64,000 nt of DNA from Chiloscyllium plagiosum (Eukaryota). The notes under the pieces are model-generated. The model had not been told where the DNA came from. It did no database searches and saw only the letters and a list, made by a program, of their open reading frames with translations. The translations under genes were made by a program, and so were the position numbers. Position 1 is the stretch's first letter, and each line of letters begins with the position of its first letter. Positions 13,014 through 26,075 of the stretch are shown here, piece by piece. The stretch is taken from the NCBI RefSeq assembly GCF_004010195.1, contig NC_057719.1, positions 83,212,027-83,276,026 of the forward strand, given 5' to 3'.

Positions 13014-13120
13014 AGAGTCAGAGTGGCACAGCATGGAAACAGACCCCTGAGTCTGACCCGTCCATGCCAACCAGACATCCTAAATCAACCATAATCCCAG
13101 TTGCTAGCATTTGGCCCCTG
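13014..13120 (-). mobile_element. HER1/CR1 3' UTR fragment
   Basis: cagcatggaaacagaccc..ccatgccaaccagacatcct. Confidence 0.8.
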
Positions 13121-13464
13121 TTTAGCAAAGGATAAACTTGCTGAGCTACACAGAAAGGAGAAGGGGAGTAGGAATAATCCAACGCGTGCGGTACTGAGCC
13201 AGCGCAGGTACAGATCATAAAGCTTTTGTGATTTACTGTCTGGGGGCTCAGTTGTAAACTCATCAGAAAACAAAAAGAGGTTGACACATGCAACAGTTAA
13301 CAACTCCACTGTTGCTGGATCACGTAGGTTATCAGGACAGTCGGAGAAACAGGCACAGTTTGATCTAGAAATTCCAGTATCTTTCCACATACTTTGAATT
13401 GTAAGTAGCCAGAGATTTTCTACCCATTAGACAGCTGGATGCACAGTGTATGCTGACAACTATT

Positions 13465-13745
13465 AGAGGGCGTGGATTTAAGGTGAGACGGTAGAAGATT
13501 TAAAAAGGGACCTGAGAGGCAACGTTTTCACACAGAGGGTGGTGCGTGTAGGGGGCGAGTTGCCAGGGGAAGTGGTAGATTGGTACAATTATAATCTTTA
13601 AAGGGCATCTGGACAGATACACCAGTAGGAAAAGTTTAGAAGGATATGGGCCAAACACAGGCAAATGGGACGAGTACAAATTAGGAAACACGGTTGGCAT
13701 GGAGGAGTTAGGCCGGGGGGCCTGTTTCCATGCTGAATGACTCTA
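13465..13745 (+). mobile_element. HER1/CR1 3' fragment
   Basis: RGNVFTQRVVR.. plus 3' UTR. Confidence 0.85.
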
Positions 13746-14539
13746 AAATTGTGTATCATTTCCTAAGTGGCCAAACAGCTAGACATGATGACTTGAATGT
13801 AGGGGACCCTCCCAAGTTCACTTCACAACAAATAAAATTTGACAGTGAGCCCGACATCTGGCCAATGACTGGAACAAGATGGTAATTATTACAGGGTGCT
13901 TCAATGGAGGAGAGAAAGGGAGAGAGAAGTGAAAAAGGTAAGAGAGAAATGGAGAGGTTTAGGAAGTTAATTCCAAAGTTTAGGACCTAGTCAACTCAGT
14001 GTAGCACTGCCAATGATAGAGTGATTAAAATCAGGGCAGGGGGCAGAACCGAAACACAGAGATCCTGGAGGGTCAGGCCAAAGGAGGTTACAGAGAACGG
14101 GGGAGGGGTGACAAGGCCACAATTATTTTAATGCATGGATAAAAGTTTTATTGAACAGTATAAAGTGCTCATTGTTCACCTTGTGACTCCCAAATTGATT
14201 CGTGCTCAAGGTCACGTTCTAATTCATAAGGAGTGTGGGAAAATGGTGTGGAGCCAGCTCAAATGAAAACAGGTCCTCCACAGAGACACACAATGTGAAT
14301 GCACATCAGCAGCAGAGTCAGAGGAAGGCAATCTACTGGGAGCCACAAAAGACACACAGGAGTGGAGCTCCTTGCCTCTGAAGGCACCTCTTCACTGCCT
14401 CGCGCAAAGTGAGGAAAGCGGAGATGTGTGTTTATATAGCGAGTAGCACAACTTCAGGCCATCCTGATAACGCAGTCCACAACTCACCGCGCACCCCTTA
14501 AGTGGATGAAACAAAGAATAATGCACACTCCTTAAGTAG

Positions 14540-14845
14540 GATCCAGAACTAGAGGGCATAGGTTTAGGGTGAGAGGGGAAAGGTATAAAAGAGACCTAAG
14601 GGGCAACGTTTTCACACAGAGGGTGGAGCGTGTATGGAATGAGCTGCCAGAGGATGTGGTGGAGGCTGGTACAATTGCAACATTTAAAAGGCATCCGGAT
14701 GGGTATATGAATAGGAAGGGTTTGGAGGGATATGGGCCAAATGCTGGCAAATGTGTTGAGATTAATTCAGGATATCTGGTCAGCACTACAAGCTTGACTG
14801 AGGGGTTTGTTTCCATGCTGCACAGTTCCCTGACTCTGTGACTGT
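14540..14845 (+). mobile_element. HER1/CR1 3' fragment
   Basis: RGERYKRDLRGNVFTQRVERVWNELPEDVVEAG. Confidence 0.9.
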
Positions 14846-15611
14846 ATGGTTATAACACATGGAGTTGAGCCCTGTAGGCCTAGCTGACTGCGACAGTACC
14901 ATTCTACTAAGGGTCAGGGAGGGACAATGCTGTTGGCTTTCACTAACACACAGAGACCTTAGCGTTCGGATTTGCCGAGAGCACAGCACTCAAAAAGCTT
15001 CCAAATCTTCCGGCACCCCCTAGATTCAAACTGCAACGAGTTCCGAAAACGAGCGAGCCGGGTAATAGAACCGGCCTTGATTAGGACTGGTCGATGATAA
15101 TGACCAAATACGTGTCTACCTGTAACGGTAAGTACAGGACCCAGACAGGGGGCAGGGAAAAAAATCTTCTGTCGCTTCCCCACTCAATGAGCAGGATCAA
15201 ATTCTTCAGAAAAAGCCAGTAGAGAAAATGATCAAAAAGAAATCTCCGTGGTGGAGGGGGCTCAGCCCTGGAGGTGGTTGGGGTGGGGTGCTGCGTATCT
15301 CCTCGGGTCTGAAACCGCGGAACATAACAAGTCGGCAATTTCGGAGTAATTGCCAGTCGCGTTTCCACCCTGACACCTCCCTTTGTAGCTCCGTTGAGTT
15401 TCTAATCATATAACAAAACCGCTGGAGAGTCTGGCATCAATTAGGAGCCAGTGGGTGAAGGCTGAACGTCAGAAGGGAAAAGGGATTTCAGAGTCTGCTG
15501 GCAACGAGCAGAACCTTGCGGAGAGATCAGCCCCGACAGAAACTCGACGCCAGGCTCCCCGGGTGAGCTCCTACCCGACGATGGTCCCATTCAGGCCACG
15601 CACACAAAGAC

Positions 15612-15645
15612 AGGGAGAGAGAGAAAGAGAAAGGGAGAGAGAAAG

Positions 15646-15680
<35 letters not shown>

Positions 15681-15681
15681 A
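15612..15681. repeat. (GA)n/(GAAA)n microsatellite
   Basis: Read directly from the sequence. Confidence 0.9.
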
Positions 15682-16479
15682 AACTTTCTCCAATGTGACG
15701 GGTTTCAGGATGCTCCCCTGTAGTGTTTTACAGCTGGCAGAGCTTCCTGCAGTAACACAAGGGAACTCAGACAGCTGGTATGTCCACACAACAGAAGCAG
15801 AGATAAAGATAACCAAAGAGAATGTTCAGCAGTGCAAGGTGATGTTTGGAGAATCAATATTAGCCTCGACATTGGTGAGAAAACTTCCCCCACCACCCCA
15901 TTCTTGTCTTTCGACTGTCCCTCGCTGCGATCCTTCGAGAGGGATCTTGGTTGAATGCCTCATTGGAAGGGAGGATCTTTTACCTGACAATATTCCCTCA
16001 GTACTGTACCGTTCAAGCAAACAGGTATCCCCCACCATCCAAAAGTGGAGCTTACCTTTCCCAAATGATGTAAAGGGAAGAAGCAATTAATTTGTATGGA
16101 AAAGTTTCGCCTTTTCTTGTAAAAGCGAAAATCCCGCTTGGGGTTAGCGAAAACAGGTACTTTTCCGTAAAAGTGAAGTGGCGTAAAGCTAACTTTCGAA
16201 ACGCGAGGGATGCCTGCACTCAATCGTTTTATCCTGGCTTCGAGCATCCCCTCCCCCACTGGTGTGCTGTCAGTGGTACAGGGTCATGGTAGACACCACA
16301 GCAACGCACCAACGCCTCTTTAACAGCACCTCCCGAAACTCCAACCTCCAACGCTGGAAGGGCTGGGCTAGCAGATACACGGACCACCATCTCCAGTTAA
16401 ACATACACCACCATCCCTTCACTGTCACCGGATCCAAAACCTGGAACCTGCTAACAGAATCACCAGAACACTTTCAGCC

Positions 16480-16745
16480 ACTCAGGGCCAGCATTTATTG
16501 CCCGTCCCTAGTTGCCCCTTGAGAAGGTGGTGGTGAGCTGCCTTCTTAAACCGCTGCAGCCCACCTGCTGTGGGTTGACCTTAGGGGGGGTGAATTCCAG
16601 GATTGTGACCCAGTGACCGTGAAGGAACGGCGATAAATTTCCAAGTCAGGATGGTGAGTGGTCTGGAGGGGAACTTGGAGGTGGTGGTGTTCCCGTGTAT
16701 CTGCTGCCCTTGTCAGTCTGGATGGAAGTGGATGCAGGTTCGGAA
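16480..16745 (-). mobile_element. Zenon/CR1-like LINE 3' UTR fragment
   Basis: Homologous to 4980-5240. Confidence 0.75.
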
Positions 16746-16860
16746 GAGTCACAAGAAATGAAACGTGAACTCCGCTCTCTCTCCAAAGATGCAGCCAGAT
16801 CTGCTGAGTCTCTCTAGCGCTTTCTGTCTGTGTTTCAGATTTCCAGCATTCGCAGTTCTT
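16745..16860 (+). mobile_element. Penelope-like short element, family 2 (decayed)
   Basis: gaaacgtgaactc..gatgcagccagatctgctgag..gatttccagcattcgcagt. Confidence 0.6.
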
Positions 16861-17224
16861 CTACCTGTGGGCTGGATAAGGGGTTTTAGAGGGGGCACTT
16901 TCACATTCTAACAAGGTATAACTGTGCCAGTCATGACCACCTCCTGTGAGCGATTCTTTTGTGAAAAAGAAAGACTTTTTTGAAGTGAGACATGAACTAT
17001 GACCTTCTGACTGAGGCAAGTCTGACAGCTGACAAGCATAGCTGAGCGTTCTCTAGAATACTCCACGTATTATACAGAGTTATGAAGTCAAATAGGTGCC
17101 AAGAGGTGTGAAATGAAAAGCTATCCTGTAAGTACACAACCCCAGTTGCTGTCTGACCTCTGACACGTCCAACTTTAACAAAGACATAGTTAAAGTATAA
17201 CATGATCAGTCACTGTGACATCTA

Positions 17225-17668
17225 AATTGTCAAGCAGGTCTTCTGACAGGAGTGTGGATGAGATAATCCATCACTACAGAGAGTTATGAACACAGCCCAG
17301 TCCATCACACAAGCCAATCTTCCATCCACTGACTCCAGCTGCGGAAGGCAGCGACATCAAAGGCTCCTCCCACCCCGGTTATAATCTCGTCCAACCTCTT
17401 CCATTGGGCAAAAGATACAGACACTTTAACACCGCACCGACTGATTCAATAACAGCTTCTTCCCCACTTATTACACTTCGGAATGGATCTCTCAAAGTTT
17501 AAATTTAATGTTGATCTCGCTCTGTGTGCACCTTTTCTGCAGCTGTAACATTGTATTCCTCACTATGACCCTAACGCACTATGTGTGATATCATCTGCCT
17601 GTACTGCACGCAAAACCAAACCTTTCACTCTACCTAGGTACACGTGACAGTAATAAATCAGATCAAAT
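17225..17668 (+). mobile_element. Rex1/Babar-type LINE 3' fragment
   Basis: LQRVMNTAQSITQANLPS..SHPGYNLVQPLPLGKRY..NSFFP, tail cacgtgaca..(aaatc)n. Confidence 0.75.
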
Positions 17669-17828
17669 AAAACCCAAAGAGCTGCAGATGCTGTAAATCA
17701 GAAACAAAAACAGAAGTTGCTGGAAAAACTCAGCAGGGTCTGGCAGCATCTGCGAAGAGAAATCAGAATTAGCGTTTCGGGACCGGTGACTCCTCCTCTG
17801 AGGAGAGGTCACCAGACCCAAAACGCTA
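17669..17828. mobile_element. Penelope-like family 2 insertion with two back-to-back hammerhead-like motifs
   Basis: Minus: cagagga-g-gagtc accg gtccc-gaaacgctaattc. Plus: ctgagga-ga-ggtc acca gacc-caaaacgctaa. Inserted in the (aaatc)n tail. Confidence 0.7.
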
Positions 17829-18487
17829 AATCAAATCAATTGTCGGGAAAGACCAAATCGAGATTATCAGTGCTGTTTTCCGAGACTCAGTGAATCTCCT
17901 GATCTGAGCCCAAGATGGATGCTCCCAGTCCTTTCTGTTCCTGTAACGACACCCCCCACATTTACAAAATACGACAAAATTAGCACCAACCGTCCACTTC
18001 CTGTTTAAAGACTCGGGAATATTTGATTTCACAAGAGCATTTCCCTTGGTCTCTGAACTGCCCAGATGGGTTCAGGGAGTTTGAACAGCTGTGGGCGGGC
18101 ATTTTCTCTGACCGTGTGGTCACATGGTCCATGGTCAGACCAGCTGATGTGGCGCTGCAAATACAAGACTCTCCAGGGTTGGTACGAACATTTTTTCAGG
18201 AGGCTAGAAGACGTCAAGGAGACAATGAATGGAGTTTCCTTGCTTCTTTTCAGTCCAACAAGCTGATCTACTGTTGCTAACACAAGAGCAGCCTGCTCGT
18301 ACTGAAGCTGAGGCAGAAGCAGTCCTGAATGCTAATGTATTAGAAATAAGATGCTGATGAGGAATTAAACCCTCACAGAACTACAAATGAGGGATGGACA
18401 GTGTTCCCCCAGTGACGTGCCCAGGATATTGTCGGCAATTATTGTGGCTAGCTCTCGAGATTCAGGAGGCCAAGCGTGCCGTTATAA

Positions 18488-18779
18488 ATTAGATTGCTTA
18501 CAGTGTGGAAACAGGCCCTTCGGCCCAACAAGTCCACACCGACCCGCCGAAGCGTAACCCACCCATACCCCTACATTTACCCCTTCACCTAACACTACGG
18601 GCAATTTAGCATGGCCAATTCACCTGACCCGCACATCTTTGGACTGTGGGAGGAAACCGGAGCACCCGGAGGAAACCCACGCAGACACGGGGAGAACGTG
18701 CAAACTCCACACAGTCAGTCGCCTGAGGCGGGAATTGAACCCGGGTCTCTGGCGCTGTGAGGCAGCAGTGCTAACCACT
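18488..18779 (-). mobile_element. HE1 SINE, young short subfamily
   Basis: Near-consensus head, core and tail. Confidence 0.93.
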
Positions 18780-19074
18780 CAATACTCAAAACCCAAGTTC
18801 AGAATTGCCAGCATTTTTACTGGCCACAACCCCACAAGGAAGGTTTTGCAGAACCTGCCGAAATGTGGGAATACCCCAACCTACAATATGATCCACGCCT
18901 ATGATTTCCCGTGCCAGCTCCGGGGAAACAGTCAAAACAGTTCATTTGGAATCACTGCCCAAAACAAAATAGGGCTCCCAGTATATCCTTACAACCGTGG
19001 ATGGGGCTACCCATTACCTAAAGGGTGTTCTCCTGAGAACTATATCTGCCAAAGCATTAGGGAGGGAATTCTTT

Positions 19075-19412
19075 CTGTCCATTCACAAGATGAGGATGTC
19101 ACTGGCCAGGTCAGCATTTATTGCAGATTAAGAGTCAACCACATTGCTGTGGGTCTGGAGTCACACATAGGCCAGTTCAGGTAAGGACAGCAGCTTCCTT
19201 CCCCAAAGGACATATCAAACCAAATGGGCTTTCTTTCCAACAATGGCTTCACGGTCAACATCAGACTCTCAATTCCAATTTTTGTTTTCCGAAAGGTTGA
19301 ATGATGACTCCACGATCTGCCATGGCAGGGTTTGAACCCAAGTCCCCAGAATATTAACTGGGTCTCTGGATTAACAGTCCAGTGATAATACCACTAGACC
19401 ATTGCCTCCACT
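19075..19412 (-). mobile_element. tRNA-headed SINE (as 1495-1880)
   Basis: Homologous body and head. Confidence 0.75.
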
Positions 19413-19618
19413 ATGAATGAGAGAATTCTGCAGCCTATAAATGAGAGTCCAATCAGGGCTCAGATTTCACATGCAAAATATTCCAGAATATCCTGGGTAA
19501 CCATGTCATGACCCAGGGAGGTCTTTAGTGTACCCCACAGTCACGGGGGGGGCGATGCTAGATGGTACTAGCAGACCCTAAAAAACAATGTTGATCATCC
19601 TAGCATCCAATTAACCAA

Positions 19619-19694
19619 GAGGGGGAGACGGAGGAAGAGGGGGAGATGGAGGAAGAGGGGGAGAGGGATCGAGAGACAGAGCGAGAGAGCGAGA
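19619..19694. repeat. 18-bp purine-rich tandem repeat (~3 copies) grading into (GA)n
   Basis: gagggggaga(c/t)ggaggaa repeated. Confidence 0.8.
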
Positions 19695-20032
19695 ACACCT
19701 CTATTAAATAGGCCCAGGAACATTGCTCTCCCTTTAGCTGTAGAGACTGGCAGCTCCTAGGTCTGCCGTTAGACTCAAAACCCAAGGTCAAAACACACAG
19801 CATTTTTATTGACCACAAAACTCCACAAAGATGACGGAAGGTTTTGCAGAAGCTGCCGGAATGTGGGAAAACCCCAAACTACAACATGACCCGCGCTTAC
19901 GATTTCCCGTGCCAGCTTCTGGGAAAACATTCAAAGAAGTGTTTGTGTCCTGAGCTGCCCAGCTCCGCAATGGCTCTGCACTGCCCTACCAGGGCGTTAA
20001 TGCAGTAGGCCACGGCTATCTCACCTCCCGCA

Positions 20033-20320
20033 TGGGCGGCACAGTGGCACGGTGGTCAGCACTGCTGCCTCACAGCGCCAGAGACCCGGGTTCAATTCCT
20101 GCCTCAGGCGACTGACTATGTGGAGTTTGCACATTCTCCCATTGGCTGTGTGGGTTTCCTCCCACAGTCCAAAGATGTGCAGGTCAGGTGAATTGGCCAT
20201 GCTAAATTGCCCGCAGTATTAGGTGAAGGGGTAAATGTATTATGGGTGGGTTGTGCTTCGGCGGGTCGGTGTGGACTTGATGGGCCGAAGGACCTGTTTC
20301 CACACTGTAAGTAATCTAAT
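20033..20320 (+). mobile_element. HE1 SINE, full length
   Basis: gggcggcacagtggca..gggttcaattcc..aattggccatgctaaattgccc..ctgtttccacactgtaagtaatctaat. Confidence 0.93.
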
Positions 20321-20816
20321 ATCAGTGGGCCAGCTGAAAGGGCCTACATCGCCAAGGGAGATTTACTCCGGGGGCTACTCGCAGCCTGCCTTGTCTGTCT
20401 GGGTGAAGGCGACCTCTGCCTCAGATGATTCTGTACCAGGCTGAGTCATGCCATTCAGACTCAAATGCCCCAGTTGCCTTCAAGGAGGTTCATGGACCCA
20501 AAACTGCCAGGCTTTTCTAGCTGTGTAATGTACCTAGACTGTATGCAGTGATGCCTGGGAATCAGACTTAACGCAATGGAAAGCCCTCTTTCTGGAAATA
20601 CCTGACCTAGTGATCAGTCTCACTGCAGCCTCTAGGATGCAGTGTTGAGTCCAATACCTTTGGTGCCTGAATCCATCCTTCAATGTCGTTCTGTCACATC
20701 GCACTCTGTCCTGTTATGGGATGGGCTGCTTTTAGCGCAGTCACTATCCTCACGCACTCCTCAGCCCATTATCACATTATACACTCAGCATAGCTAATCC
20801 GCTCTGTCCTACTCCT

Positions 20817-21082
20817 GGTGGTTAGCACTGCTGCCTCATGATGCCAGGGACTTGGGTTCGATTCCAGCCTCGGGCGACTGTCTGTGTGGGAGTTTGCACA
20901 TTCTCCCCGTGTCTGCTTGGGTTTCCTCCGGGTGCTCCGGTTTCCTCCCACAATCCACAGATGTGCAGGTCAGGTGAATTGACCGTGCTAAAGGGATAAG
21001 GTGGGATGGTCTTTAGAGGGTTGGTGTGGACTCAAAGGGCTGAATGATCTGCTTCCACACTTAAGGGATTGTATGATTCTAG
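20817..21082 (+). mobile_element. HE1 SINE
   Basis: tggttagcactgctgcctc..ggttcgattcc head and V core. Confidence 0.88.
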
Positions 21083-21099
21083 TTCCTAATATCACGTAT

Positions 21100-21150
21100 T
21101 CAACTTTCCTTCTGGTCTGGCCTACTATCCATAATCTCCTTGCTTACCTA

Positions 21151-21183
<33 letters not shown>

Positions 21184-21330
21184 TGTGGGTTCCATCTCCA
21201 CCTATTCACTCATGTCTTCCCCACCTATCAGAGTTACCAACGGTTCTGGTGACAAGTCACGTTAACTCTGCTTTCTCCCCGCAGATGCTGCCAGGCCTGC
21301 TGAGTTGCGCCAGCAATCTCTGTCTTTGTC
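21100..21330 (+). mobile_element. Penelope-like family 2 fragment (hammerhead core partly deleted)
   Basis: cgttaactctgctttctc..gcagatgctgccaggcctgctgag..ccagcaatctctg. Confidence 0.55.
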
Positions 21331-22022
21331 ACCGAGTGGGGGTTTGCCAAGTCCACCGTGTTCGATCTGGGACGTACGGTAGGTGAAAGACAGAGCCAGG
21401 GCCAGGGGCACAAGCAGCGACACAGTGCCCTATCTCCACAACTAAATGGAAAGGTTTGTTTTTTCGTGAATGTGTGCGGTGTGTGTCTGTGTGTGTCTGA
21501 CAAGTTGTCATGGATGGTGAACCATTAGCAGTTCAATTAAATAAGGAGAAACTGGGGCCTAAAAATTGGGAATCAGGAGACACAGATACAAAAAAAAATT
21601 AATGAAGGACACAGAGACTAATATAAAGGGATATCCTGTTGTACAATGCACTACTGTGTTCTAGAATGTACTTTCTGAAAACACACTGGGCCAGAATCCA
21701 TGTGACTATCCCAGTCCAATGTGCTGCCAAGTTGGCATGAACTCCGGTGGGCCCCATGTGTTGCTGATCCTCTATTGGCTGTTCCCCCTGGGCCAGACTA
21801 CCCCATAGTTCAAGACTCTAGAGTCTGACCCTCTGCTTATAGACAGGACGCTCACCTTGGACTCTACAGCCCAGAGGGAGCACTGCTCAATGTAAACACT
21901 TATTACACTCATCTCAGCGTTGATGACCACCCCAACCTCTATTCTCTGTAGCGTCTGACTGCTGAGGTATCATGTCATTACCTTATACTACAAGGTTCAA
22001 AACAGAATTAGCAGTGTAATTA

Positions 22023-22436
<414 letters not shown>

Positions 22437-23221
22437 TCACCGGTGGTGGGGGCGCGTCCTCCAGGTACTTGGAACCTGAAAACGAAACGCAAGGTTCAGA
22501 AGACAAAAATAAAATAAAGAGTAGCAACAAGCCCCAGTGCCCAGAACATAAAGTAAACGTGGAGATAACGATAGAACGGGAAGATGGTTAAAGGGCCTCA
22601 GTCCAATCTGATTCCGCCTTCCTCAGCCCCTTGGATTGAAGCACCATGTAATCTTCAAGCTTCTGGAATGGGGCTTGAGCCCACAGCCTCCTGATTCACT
22701 GGTGAGAGCATTATCCCAGCGGTTAGAGAGAACCTCAGGGAGCTCCACTGGCCCGACAGCTGAGTGGACGATGCAGTCTGTCTCCCGGTCATACGCACCA
22801 GCCAAGGTTAGCTACACAGACCAGGCCAGACCAGACCCTCTCCTCCTTACACTGGGGAAGGATGAGCAGTCAGGGTGTTGAATCACAGGGCGAAATCTGG
22901 CCTGACCAGTGCACTCAGGTCATTTTCCTCTTTTCACCAAAAGCTTAAACCCTTTGCTTCCCCTTAAACTGTCAATTGCTTCAACCAATCCCACAACGGC
23001 CAGTGCCACATTTACAACACTCATTTGATTGAAGAACTTTCTGCCGAATTCACTGCTGTCTATCTTGTACTGACAGTCTCTAGTTATACGTGGAGAACCT
23101 CTCCCCAGGTCCTCTCTGTTGAAAACCTGCTGAAATTTGAAGATCTCCATTAGGTCAGCCCTCAGCTGCCTCTTTTCATGATTCAGGCTGTTTGCTCTAT
23201 GCTGATAGGTATAAATGTCAC

Positions 23222-23319
23222 CTCATTCCTGAAGAAGGGCTTATGCCCGAAACATCGATTCTCCTTGCTCCTCGGATGCTGCCTGACCTGCTGTGCTTTT
23301 CCAGCAACACACTCTCGAC
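23222..23319 (+). mobile_element. 98-bp Penelope-like insertion with hammerhead motif and 11-bp TSD
   Basis: TSD ataaatgtcac at 23211-23221 and 23320-23330. CTGAAGA(23229-35)-A-GGGC TTAT GCCC-GAAAC-ATC. Confidence 0.85.
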
Positions 23320-23384
23320 ATAAATGTCACAGGTCATGTATTACCATTATAAATCTGCACTGTACCCTCTCCAGCCCCTAACGG

Positions 23385-23880
23385 CCTGACCCAGGACTCT
23401 CACTGAGCTCCCAGGACCAGAGGCCTGGTGTGGGCGACACCTGGATTAGGGCTTTGGGGATCTGGGTGTGTAGCAGCAGCTAAAAGCCTAGATTAGGGCT
23501 TTGGTGGGGGGAGGGTCTGAGATACCAGGAGCGAGCCCAACACAGCGGTGGAGTTTCCCCCTAACATCTGCAGCAGGAGACGTGAGCCAACGTGCAGAAG
23601 ATCGAGCCCTTGTAGGGAGTGCAGTCCCAGAATGGCTTAGAGAGACTGCAGTGGTTGAACTTTTAGCTTTATTTCTTTATTCTTCTACTTAATACTAAGA
23701 AAGACTGTAATGTCTAACTTCTGTTTTACGCTACACTAAGAGTGCCTGTGATGTTTAACTATTAACTTTGTTCCTTATTTCTTTCAACCTTGATAAGGTT
23801 TTGTAACTCGGTGACACAGTGCGTGACAACTTTGATGACTTTTCAGTGCACTTCAGTACGCATGACAATAAAGTCTAAAC
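23385..23880 (+). mobile_element. Element with Rex1/Babar-type tail
   Basis: Ends ttttcagtgcac..gtacgcatgacaataaa. Confidence 0.5.
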
Positions 23881-25834
23881 CTCTTTAATAGGCCATCAGA
23901 ACCACACATTATGAGCTCAACGCAACACATATTCAGAATAACACGCCCACTTTCCAATTCCAGTCCTCTCAATATCAACCACAGTAAGTGTTTCACTTCT
24001 GATTAAATGAACCTAGATTCCGAATTCTAGCAACTGCTCTATTTGCATTTCAAAATCTCTTTGCTTCTCTGTCCCATTTAGGCTTTTAATTTCAAAGTAG
24101 CATATGAGCGAATTATTTTTCGAACCCAAAATGCAACAACCTCGCTCTTGTCGACGGTGAAATGGATTTGCGGATTACTTCTACACGCTGCCAAGCCCGT
24201 TAACATCTTCTTGTAATTTGTTGCTCTTCTCCTCAGTATTGACTATCCCAACATCCCACTCCCAGCCTGAAGTGAGGTTGGCGCTAATTTAAAAAAAAAC
24301 TGCGGCTTTGCTTCCAAGCAGTTAATGTGAATTGTAAATGTCTGTGGTCCCAGCACTGATCCTGTTCTCACAATCTCTTATTTTCAGAGGAGCATATGAC
24401 TCAATCATTTTTCTAACCCAAACTGTAACAACCTCACTGTTGTCAATGGTGAAATGCATCTACCAATTACTTCTCCACTCTCCAAAGTTCATTAACATCT
24501 GCTTGTAATTTGTTGCTCTTCTCAAGAGCCACCCTTTACCTATAGTCTCTGCTTGCAGCTCACTAGAAACCTCTCCAGATTCTACATATTCCAACCTTAG
24601 GCATTATTTTTTTAAAAAAAGGACCTTGTAGAAATTTAGATACATTACATCGACTGCATTACCTTAGTCTATTTTCATCTCTTCAAAAACATTCAATGGA
24701 GGTTGGTCAAGTCAGACTTTCTCTTTCGAAACCTATGTTGATTGTTTATTCTTACAGTTTTTTATTTTTTCTAGATTGTTTTCTATTTTCCCATTTCATA
24801 GCAACTCCATTAGTTTCCTTTCGCTAGCTGTAGTTCAGTGTTCTGGTCTCCTTCTTAAATATAGGAACAGGACATGATGTCCTCCAGCACCACACCTTCA
24901 TGAATTGCTGAATGGCTGTTATAGCGCAACGCCTCCACTAGGCTCTTTAACAATGCGCACGCACACAATCCGTGCAGAGAAGGGGCTTTCCCCTCACAGG
25001 TCCGATTAGCTTACTTATGATACGTCCTATTCTATTTTAAATGCAGTTATGCCCTTTGTGAAAATCTGATGTGATGACAATTTGACTTGGTCATTACAAA
25101 AGTAGAAAAAAAATGTCTGCCCTTTCACCAAGGGGGTCATGTCAGTTAGTGACCCTACTCCCATCACAAATTTCCTTCGTTTAAATTGGTCCACTTCTGC
25201 AGAATTTTACCCTTTTGTTCTGTGTTCTTTGATAATTGGAATTTCATTGTTCATTTGTCCATTCTGTTTTTACTTCTGTCAGGCTGGCTAATGCACCCGT
25301 TGTTTAGAAACAAGACTTTGAGACGACTTGACGGGGTCAGTACAGAAAGTACACTTCCCCTCGTGGGAGACTCTCGAGCTAGGTAGCACAGCTTTAAAAA
25401 AAAACTATCCCCCTTTAAAATGGGGATTAGGAGACTTGTTTTCTCTCTAGGAGGATCAGGGATCTGTGAAACCCTATCCCCCAGAAAGCAGGCTCATTGA
25501 AAATATTGACAACAGAAGTAGAGAAGATTCTCGATTAACAAGAGAGTCAAAGCTTTGTGGGGGAAGGTGGCAATATGCCCTCTAATGTCTTCTCATCATT
25601 TCGTGTGTAGGTCTCCAAGGCCCATCTGCAGTCTCAACTTCCAAAACCGGAGGTCGATGCGTTGGTATGGTGATTGGAGTGGCTTAGAGAGTGTGGGAAT
25701 CGAGGACATTATTAGATCTTATTGAACGGTGGAGTTAGCCTATACAGCCTGCTCCTAGTTTGTATGTTTGCTTTGTACTCTTTCATCTTGCCTGAATATT
25801 TTGTGTAGGCCTCTTTAGCCATCCTGAGGCAGTC

Positions 25835-26075
25835 ATAGAATCCCTACAGTGTGGAAACACGCCATTTGGCTCAACAAGTCCACATCAACCCTCCAAAGAG
25901 CATCCCACCCAAACCCATTCCCCTACCCTATTACTCGACATTTACCCCTGACTAATGCACCTAACTTACACATCCCTGGAGACTACGGGCAATTTGGCAT
26001 GGCCAATTCACCTAACCTGCGCAGCTTTGAACTGTGGGAGGAAACCAGAGCACCCGGAGGAAACCCACACAGACA
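25835..26075 (-). mobile_element. HE1 SINE, 5'-truncated
   Basis: Tail and V core present. Confidence 0.88.

Noticed and set aside
15455..16090. 211-aa ORF with ER-rich tract
   Set aside because: Kept open by a GA microsatellite; GTG start; no homology recognised.
18639..19184. 181-aa ORF and other MDCGRKPEHPEETH ORFs
   Set aside because: Antisense translation of HE1 SINEs.
20033..20105. tRNA gene-like A/B boxes
   Set aside because: These are SINE heads continuing into the V core, not tRNA genes.
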